Assembly: GCF_000179635.2 (NCBI RefSeq)
Contig: NC_014824.1
Span: 60,001 to 92,000, forward strand
DNA: 32,000 bases
Direction of reading: 5' to 3'
Source of the DNA: Ruminococcus albus 7 = DSM 20455
GTDB lineage: Bacteria > Bacillota > Clostridia > Oscillospirales > Ruminococcaceae
Shown: piece after piece, positions 24,916 through 31,098 of the stretch
How positions within the stretch are numbered: the stretch's first letter is position 1
How the letters are laid out: the number at the start of each line of letters is the position of its first letter
Made by a program: the position numbers and the translations under genes
Notes under the pieces: model-generated
Told to the model about the DNA's origin: nothing
Seen by the model: the letters and a program-made list of their open reading frames with translations, nothing else
The model's database searches: none

Positions 24916-25368
24916 TCAGATCCGGATATTACCGACTAAAACATCATCCGCAATATCTACTTTATAAGTGATAGGTTCTTTATATTGTTCTTTTTCGGCG
25001 GCAAATCTTGACGTCCTCAAGAAGTTCGGACAATCAAAAACCATATAAGATATAGCATTCATGCATCTTTCCGGAATAGCTACCCACCCCGGAACCGGCC
25101 TGAAGTTTTGAAACCATCTGCATTCCAGATCTGTAGAATGCTGACAGCACCAACACAAGGTACCGCATTTGGCAAGCCCGTCTTTCTGAGCCTCAGTCAG
25201 CCTTGAAATGTCTAAAAGCGTTCGTTCAGATGCTTTTTTAGAGATCCGCAGTTCATGAAGTTTGTTCCCGCTGAGCCCGTCTTGATAAAAATCAATTTCA
25301 GTATTTTTTGCTTTTATTGTTTCGATATTACATATAAATTCTCGGAGAGTTGTGTTCATTTTAAACAC
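24916..25368 (-). CDS. Cysteine-rich (putative Zn-binding) protein of unknown function
   Basis: 150-aa ORF with the cluster KCGTLCWCCQHSTDLECRW...PVPGW...CPNF, flanked by a terminator. Confidence 0.6.
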   Translation of the reverse strand: MFKMNTTLREFICNIETIKAKNTEIDFYQDGLSGNKLHELRISKKASERTLLDISRLTEAQKDGLAKCGTLCWCCQHSTDLECRWFQNFRPVPGWVAIPERCMNAISYMVFDCPNFLRTSRFAAEKEQYKEPITYKVDIADDVLVGNIRI

Positions 25369-25449
25369 CTGCTTTCTAACGTATTTACTTTTTAGCTCCA
25401 GTTATCAAAAAAGTATCTGATAATATTATATGTGGAAATTTCGATAGAT

Positions 25450-25481
25450 AAAAAAAGCCCTGTTCTATAAATCGAACAGGG
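25450..25481 (-). terminator. Intrinsic terminator
   Basis: CCCTGTTC (25458-25465) / GAACAGGG (25474-25481), followed by a 7-nt T-run on the minus strand. Confidence 0.65.
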
Positions 25482-25495
25482 AAGATAACAATTAA

Positions 25496-25678
25496 TTAAG
25501 CTACAGCAAACATCTTATACAGATATTCCTCAGGAAAACTGGACTGTCCGCCACTATGCCAGGAAACAGTTACCTGATCAAAATCGTCAATATAAATAAT
25601 AGTAGCGACAGAACCTTTCCGGATATCCAGATAGTCTTCTAAAATCTTAACTTTTTCTCCAACCGTTACTCGTGACAT
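25496..25678 (-). CDS. Small DUF4314-like protein (tentative), a type common on Firmicutes conjugative elements
   Basis: Start moved to the ATG at 25678 (AAAGGAAAGGAA RBS). GEKVKIL...KGSVATIIYIDDFDQVTVSWHSGGQSSF fits the G.rV.l...G..GtV..iDD.g.i.V.Wd.G pattern as I recall it. The upstream 50 codons of the listed ORF look non-coding. Confidence 0.5.
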   Translation of the reverse strand: MSRVTVGEKVKILEDYLDIRKGSVATIIYIDDFDQVTVSWHSGGQSSFPEEYLYKMFAVA

Positions 25679-25967
25679 ACATAAACATTCCTTTCCTTTA
25701 TCGATGATATTATTATAGCAGAATAAAGGCATGATGTTCAAGACATCTTTTCTAAATACTTTTTCAAATTGTTCAGCCAAAACCTCAAGTGTGATAAAAT
25801 ATAAAGCTTGCTTTATGACAAAAATCAAGACTGCGAATCACCGTTATTTTAAAAACAGCATATTTTGTTTTACAAATAGCTGGGTATAATAATGTACTAT
25901 GAAATAGTTTTTTGAATCAGCTTTATTAACTATAAATGAATAATTTATAAAAATCGACTCCTGACAA

Positions 25968-25997
25968 TTGACAAAACAGGTATATGTGTGTTATAAT
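25968..25997 (+). promoter_or_regulatory. Near-consensus sigma-A promoter
   Basis: TTGACA (25968-25973), an 18-nt spacer, then TGtTATAAT (-10 at 25992-25997). Confidence 0.7.
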
Positions 25998-26003
25998 CAT
26001 AAT

Positions 26004-26262
26004 GTAAAATTAAGGACAAAAAATGGGTGACATTTGACGTTCTTAGACCGGTAAACATTGCGTCGGTTAATTGTAATCTACAGAAAATCAGATTGACTTT
26101 CTGCAGCGCAGCAAAAAGCAATGTCTAAAACCAAGAGATCAAACAACCGTGATCTTCGGGGATTGCCTATACGGAAAAGATCTTATGCCCCCGGTTTGCA
26201 TGTGACCGGAGTGATAATTATCATAATTGCCCGCCAAACGAAAGGCGGGTTTTTTATTTTTT
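26004..26262 (+). ncRNA. Candidate ncRNA or cis-regulatory leader of about 255 nt
   Basis: It is bounded by the consensus promoter and an intrinsic terminator (CCCGCC-AAACGAAA-GGCGGG plus a T-run, 26229-26262). The only internal ORF is 4 codons. Several local stems are present (for example CAGAAA..TTTCTG, GATCTT..AAGATC, CCGGT..ACCGG). Confidence 0.5.
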
Positions 26263-26296
26263 AGCGAAAAGCGATCAAATGATCCAGGAGGGTAAA

Positions 26297-26470
26297 ATGA
26301 GTTACGAGATATATCGTATCACCGCTCGATGTAAATGTCCATGCGGAAAAGGAGAGATTATTCGTGGTGATTCCATGAATGACTGGAATCAGACACGAAG
26401 CGGAGACATTGAAATACACTGTCCGGAATGTTCTAACAAGCTTAAATTCACAGATGGGGGGATTAATTGA
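26297..26470 (+). CDS. Small zinc-ribbon protein (possibly the 5' part of a frameshifted longer gene)
   Basis: Start moved to the ATG at 26297 (AGGAGGG RBS). Cys pairs are CKCPCG and CPEC. The ORF ends just after a G6 run, beyond which another frame stays open. Confidence 0.55.
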   Translation: MSYEIYRITARCKCPCGKGEIIRGDSMNDWNQTRSGDIEIHCPECSNKLKFTDGGIN

Positions 26471-26755
26471 TATCAATTACCCCGACTACTCCGGAGATCC
26501 CAATATCAAAAAGCAAATGTCTATAATACAAGATAGAATACAGAATTATAAGTTTAAAAAGAGAAGAAAATCAAAGCTCAATTAATAATACAATACGATG
26601 AATTAAAGAAAGAATATTATAAAGATCGCGAAGCATATTTGACCGAAACAGAAAAACACATAATTCTTTATACACTTATCCGTGAGAATAATACATAATA
26701 ACAGAGCTGGAGAATTGCTGCTTAAACTATATCAAGAAAAACTCTGAATTAATCT

Positions 26756-27027
26756 GTCTAAAATCAAGACAAATAACTGTCTAATATTCAGGCAGTTATT
26801 TATTCGTCTTAAATTAAGTGTCTAAAATTCAGATAGATAAATGTCTAAATTTTAGATAAATGCAAGAGCTCACAAACAACCAAGTCTAATTTTTAGGCTG
26901 ATTATTGACTAATATTTAGATAGAAATGCAACTGATAAGGCGCAGATGATAGAAAATTAGACAAATAAGTGTCTTAAAACTAGACAGATAGTGTTCTGAA
27001 ATAACATAAATAGTCTAAAATTTAGGC
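26756..27027. repeat. Array of at least 9 degenerate 15-bp palindromic sites, consensus GTCTAAA-N-TTTAGAC
   Basis: Sites at 26756, 26779, 26806, 26820, 26843, 26884, 26907, 26971 and 27013 (each 15 bp), plus an isolated near-perfect site at 27783-27797. Confidence 0.85.
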
Positions 27028-27142
27028 TGATTTTAGTAGTTTGGGATGTTTTCTGATCTCCGAATGAAGCGGTTATATAAATATATTAAGATTTTGCCAA
27101 AACTTACATAATTTGCCATATATAACCAATTATTGTAAAAAG

Positions 27143-27243
27143 TATTCAAATCTTGAATACTATTATTCACGAATTGAATATTATAATTCAAACCTTGAAT
27201 ACTTTTATTCAAAGTCTGAATATTATTATTCAAGTCTTGAATA
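27143..27243. repeat. Five 17-bp palindromes (TATTCA-N5-TGAATA) at exact 21-bp phasing
   Basis: Units start at 27143, 27164, 27185, 27206 and 27227. Related AATTCAAnnCTTGAATT sites lie at 27372-27388 and 27632-27648. Confidence 0.9.
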
Positions 27244-27247
27244 AAAC

Positions 27248-27346
27248 GCTTTAGCACGCTAAAACTATCTTTAGTACGCTAAAACTAATTAGTTTCATAT
27301 TTCTAAAACTAATTTCATATTTCTAAAACTAAATTTAGTTTTAGCG
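27248..27346. repeat. CTAAAACTA repeat block
   Basis: A 20-bp tandem pair (27248-27267 / 27268-27287, 18/20 identical). A perfect 20-bp tandem duplication TTTCATATTTCTAAAACTAA (27293-27312 / 27313-27332). An inverted copy TAGTTTTAGCG (27336-27346). Further copies include a 10-bp perfect inverted repeat at 27426-27454 and direct copies at 27560-27590. Confidence 0.85.
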
Positions 27347-27482
27347 TGACGAAGGAAAATTCTGGAAAAATAATTCAAAGCTTGAATTTAAAAGTGCCTC
27401 AAATGAAGCAAAAATCTTCAAAATCCTAAAACTAATTCGAAAAGTTAGTTTTAGACTCATAAAGGAAAATAGAAACGAAAAC

Positions 27483-27513
27483 ATACCCAAATGATACCCA
27501 AAACATACCCAAA
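27483..27513 (+). repeat. Three direct ATACCCAAA repeats with an 11-bp period
   Basis: 27483-27491, 27494-27502 and 27505-27513. Confidence 0.7.
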
Positions 27514-27955
27514 TCGGAGGAAATCCCGGGCTACAAACAGCGTTTGAGTTCATTTCTGCCCTAAAACTACCCTAAAACTGCACCAAAACTGGATTTTTTC
27601 ATTCGTTTTTTCTTCCCTTTTTACCTCCAAAAATTCAAACCTTGAATTTAAACCAAAAATCAGGGGGGACCAACTTTTTTTCAAGAGAAAAATCGACCTC
27701 ATGAAAGAATATTAAAACGAAAATACACCCGCCGGACAAAGAAAATATAAAACATAGATGCAGCTCTGCTCTCTTGTAAGGTGTCTAAAAATTAGACAGT
27801 AAAAAATCCTATCGTTTCATCCCATCTTCATTACATTTTCCCGTCATACTTCAAAATCAACCACCCACGAATACATTTCTCTATTACAAAACATTCTTTC
27901 CCTCAAAAAAAGAAGCTTTATTGAAAACAAGAATGATACCATACTGAAAAATCAC

Positions 27956-27984
27956 TTGACTTGATTTTTTATGTATGTTATATT
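27956..27984 (+). promoter_or_regulatory. Promoter of the 28010 gene
   Basis: TTGACT, a 17-nt spacer, then TGtTATATT. An AAAGGGGAG RBS precedes the ATG. Confidence 0.5.
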
Positions 27985-28009
27985 GTAAGTAAGAAAGGGG
28001 AGAAATCAA

Positions 28010-28441
28010 ATGGCATTAAAAGGAATACATGGCGGAAGATTCAGTTTTGACAGTAAAGAACTCATAAAGGAAATCAAGAGGGATATCGTAGAATTTGGAA
28101 GAGAAGAAATTTATGCTGTATGGTTAAGAAAGTACCCCCAATATAATGTAGAATTTATCGTAAATTATGACTTCATAATTGATGAAGATGATGACCCGTT
28201 CAAAGATTTTGAAGTTAATGATGATTACTTGTACGGAAAATTTGAAAAAGGAGAGAACGAAAGGATCGTTCTCATGTCAGCTGACAAAATACTTGACTAC
28301 CTGCAAAAACAGAATGACCCGACTGAAATTTACGAAGTAAATGTACACGGAAATCAATTTTCAAAAAATCAGGTTTCAAAAGTTACATTTATATTTCAGG
28401 TTGTACAAATTACTGGACAGAGCACCTGGAAAATGATATAA
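28010..28441 (+). CDS. Hypothetical protein whose native stop codon was displaced by the IS insertion (native form about 112 aa)
   Basis: The reading frame runs from host DNA into the left IS end at 28346. Removing the IS and one duplicated target copy places a TAA immediately after ...EIYEVNV. Confidence 0.55.
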   Translation: MALKGIHGGRFSFDSKELIKEIKRDIVEFGREEIYAVWLRKYPQYNVEFIVNYDFIIDEDDDPFKDFEVNDDYLYGKFEKGENERIVLMSADKILDYLQKQNDPTEIYEVNVHGNQFSKNQVSKVTFIFQVVQITGQSTWKMI

Positions 28442-29575
28442 TATAGGCATGAATAATGGAATAACCGAGTATTTTGAAGATATTGAATTATATGAGGAAT
28501 ATGACGGCTATTTTTGCAGTATCCCCGATATCATTACAATAGCAATTCTTGGAAGTATCTGTGGACTTAGAAACATTCATCAGATTCATCAATGGGCGAC
28601 AAATGACAGAGTAAGCGAATTCTTAAAGGAGAAATTCGGAATCGATCATGTCCCTTGCTATTATTGGATATTGAGCCTGCTGAAATATGTCAAGCCCGAA
28701 TCGCTCAACCGCTGTTTTGCGGATTGGGTCTATTCATTCATGCCCGAAAAGTCCAAAAGTATGACGATCTCTCTTGACGGGAAAACTGTTTGTTCGACAC
28801 TTAAAATGAGTAAGATCGAAAGTCCTCTGCACATCATCAGCGCACAGATATGCGAACTTGGATTGACCCTGGCACAACGCAGCACGGACGATAAAAGCAA
28901 CGAGATACCTGCGGTGCAGGAGCTTCTGAAAGAACTGAAAATAAAGGGTAATATAGTTGTTGCGGATGCACTGAACTGTCAGAAAGAAACTGCTGAGATT
29001 ATCGTAAAACAAAAGGCAGATTATCTGCTTTGCGTTAAGGATAATCACCCAAATTTGAAGAAAGATATCGAGGATTATGTGCAGGACAGTTCTCTCAGAG
29101 ACACTATGCAAACAGTTTCAAGAACGGAGAAAAACCGTGGCAGAGTTGAAACAAGGACAGCGTATGTAACAACAGATATCAACTGGCTGGAACAGAAAAA
29201 AGAGTGGAAAAATCTGAAGTGCATAGGAGCCATTCATACTGAATTTTCAACGAAAAAAGGCACTTCGAGCGAATGGCACTATTACCTTTCAAGCCGCGAA
29301 ATGACAGCGGAACAGCTCCTTCATCATGCAAGAATGGAATGGTCGGTTGAGTCAATGCACTGGCTGCTTGATGTTCATTTTGAAGAAGATTGGTGCAGAG
29401 TCGAAAACAAAGACGTTCAGCAATGCCTGAATATGTTCAGAAAAGCTGCGATAAATTTAATCAAGAACTTTAAAAATCGGAACAATTCTAAAGCCGCCAT
29501 ATCCAAACTTATGTTTGAATGTCTTATGGAGCCGCAGATGATTTCGAGGGTGATTTTTGAAAATTGATTTCCGTG
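28346..29575 (+). mobile_element. ISAs1-family insertion sequence (1,230 bp) with perfect 22-bp terminal inverted repeats and a 9-bp target-site duplication
   Basis: The left repeat CACGGAAATCAATTTTCAAAAA (28346-28367) is the reverse complement of 29554-29575. GTAAATGTA flanks both ends (28337-28345 and 29576-29584). Confidence 0.85.
28449..29567 (+). CDS. ISAs1-family (H-repeat-associated) DDE transposase
   Basis: N-terminal DIITIAILGSICGLRNIHQIHQW. D/D/E contexts are ISLDGKTV, VVADALNCQ and HWLLDVHFEEDWCR. The 3' end runs into the right inverted repeat. Confidence 0.85.
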   Translation: MNNGITEYFEDIELYEEYDGYFCSIPDIITIAILGSICGLRNIHQIHQWATNDRVSEFLKEKFGIDHVPCYYWILSLLKYVKPESLNRCFADWVYSFMPEKSKSMTISLDGKTVCSTLKMSKIESPLHIISAQICELGLTLAQRSTDDKSNEIPAVQELLKELKIKGNIVVADALNCQKETAEIIVKQKADYLLCVKDNHPNLKKDIEDYVQDSSLRDTMQTVSRTEKNRGRVETRTAYVTTDINWLEQKKEWKNLKCIGAIHTEFSTKKGTSSEWHYYLSSREMTAEQLLHHARMEWSVESMHWLLDVHFEEDWCRVENKDVQQCLNMFRKAAINLIKNFKNRNNSKAAISKLMFECLMEPQMISRVIFEN

Positions 29576-29593
29576 GTAAATGTATAAATCCTG

Positions 29594-29622
29594 TTGACAT
29601 CATTTACTTTTTGTGATATACT
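29594..29622 (+). promoter_or_regulatory. Promoter directly right of the IS
   Basis: TTGACA (29594-29599), a 17-nt spacer, then TGaTATACT. Confidence 0.5.
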
Positions 29623-29677
29623 TATACTCGTAGTGGGATTGCTACATGCTAAAACCAAAATCGTTTTCAGGAAAATT

Positions 29678-29706
29678 GGCGGTTGTTATGACCGCCATTT
29701 TTCTTT
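29678..29706 (+). terminator. Hairpin plus T-tract about 50-75 nt downstream of that promoter
   Basis: GGCGGT-TGTTATG-ACCGCC followed by ATTTTTCTTTT. It also lies inside a possible 32-codon hydrophobic ORF (29646-29744). Confidence 0.45.
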
Positions 29707-30520
29707 TAAGCTTCAATTCCATAAAATATAAATACCTTTTCTGAATTTACAGAAGAGGTATTATTTATATGCTGAAGAACCGTACATCCTCATCACATCT
29801 CTCCGAACTTCCATTCCCTCATAATAAAAAGAACGTAAAAAAAATCATGCAACATAAAAATAAACCACTAATATTTTTCCTGTATATTACGAAACAATCC
29901 ATAATAGATAAAAACAATTCTCCATAAAAAGAAAATCAAAAAGAAGATCGCCCTGATACCAACTTTCTCTTTCACCCTGGGGAATGAACATAAAAAAGAA
30001 GTTTCAAAAGAAAAAACAGCCCTGCAGCACTTTCTGACAACACTAATATAAAAATACCGTATAGTATTATTTTAGACAGCTTTGTTGATTATTTTGATTG
30101 TATCAAAAAAGTTCTTACGTATACTTCTTTTATCGCTCTTTTGAATGCGGTCAACTTTTTATCCGTACAGCCCCCAAAAAAATAAAAGGGGAGCATTCCT
30201 CATACCTTTCCTTCAATTATCCTTTTAGACACTTTTTACTGACATTTTGTTTTTCACGAAATAATGCATTGAACCTAGTAATAACCGTTATCCTTCTTTT
30301 TTACCCTCTCTTTTCACTTTTTCTTTTTTAGACAGTTATATATTGTATTTTGAAATCATCAAAAAAAGGCCAAAATACTCCTTCCGACCTTATGGCACCT
30401 TTTTCATTCTTCCGCCTCTCAATCCTTTTATCAAATTTTTTTCATTCAAACATCTTTCTCGCTTCCCGTTTTTTATAAACATCCGTTCTATCATCTTCCG
30501 GTACATCATTCCCACAAAAA

Positions 30521-30561
30521 CAACTATATATAATTTCCCGCTTAAAGATTATATATAGTTG
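30521..30561. repeat. Perfect 14-bp inverted repeat with a 13-nt spacer
   Basis: CAACTATATATAAT (30521-30534) / ATTATATATAGTTG (30548-30561). Confidence 0.9.
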
Positions 30562-30646
30562 AGAATCAAAATTGCATGCTCTTAATTTTTCCTGAATACT
30601 TCATTTTGTTTTACTTATAGTGTTTTTTTTCTTTTCATATACTCCG

Positions 30647-30892
30647 TTATTTTTTCCGTATAAAAGAAAAGACCCCGCATAATGCGAGGTCAATCGTGCG
30701 TGCCAATGCAAGACGCTGACGTTCAGATAATTGATAATGGTCGCCGATGAACCGTGTGGTGCTTGTGACGGGATAACCACGGTTCAGCAAAAAATAGACC
30801 TCCTCAGCCGCTTTATGCAGCTTTGGGAGTGCCTTTTCGGAAAAATCACGTTAATCTGTGGGCATAAAGCATCGTTTAGCATTTTGAGCCAT
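30647..30892 (-). pseudogene. Small ORF interrupted by one in-frame TAA (or a 47-codon TTG-initiated ORF, 30647-30790)
   Basis: GAGGTG RBS plus ATG at 30892. An in-frame TAA lies at 30851-30853. The frame then stays open for 67 codons (...FLLNRGYPVTSTTRFIGDHYQLSERQRLALARTI...). An internal GAGGAGG plus TTG is at 30790. A hairpin lies at 30671-30691. This patch has locally higher GC than its surroundings. Confidence 0.3.
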
Positions 30893-31030
30893 ATTTTCAC
30901 CTCATGGACAGTTTTAACGCCTGTCTGATATCAGAAGATAGTCTGTTTTTTTGGATAGCATTAGTATATCATGCTCAATCTGAAAAGTCAAGCTTCGGGC
31001 ATAGACCCGAATGAATCTCAGTGTGAGCTA

Positions 31031-31066
31031 AAAAGAGGAACAGCTGAAAATACTGTCCCTCTTTTG
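31031..31066 (-). terminator. Terminator of the right-edge LRR gene
   Basis: An imperfect AGAGG-A-ACAG ... CTGT-C-CCTCT stem with a T-run on the minus strand. Confidence 0.5.
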
Positions 31067-31098
31067 GATATTATGAAATATGTTTTTAAGCGGATAAA

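Noticed and set aside
26004-26262. Retron msr/msd, T-box or known riboswitch identity for the ncRNA candidate
   Set aside because: No reverse transcriptase gene is nearby. I could find no T-box sequence, specifier-loop context or recognisable riboswitch core motif by eye. It is left as an unclassified candidate.
26750-27350. Possible CRISPR array
   Set aside because: The repeats are only 15-21 bp, degenerate, dyad-symmetric and of several different families. There are no regular unique spacers of 30-40 bp and no cas genes.
27033-27553. Minus-strand ORFs 27033-27257 and 27341-27553
   Set aside because: They are translations of the phased palindromes and CTAAAACTA repeats (periodic ..IQ.LN.. 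sequence). They have no RBS. The DNA-level repeat structure explains them.
30098-30558. Plus-strand ORFs 30098-30331 and 30343-30558 (also 30731-30928 and 30971-31219)
   Set aside because: Their composition is low-complexity and F/L/S/P-rich, as dictated by the G-poor DNA. They have no RBS. The last two are antisense to a better minus-strand frame or to the LRR gene terminator region.
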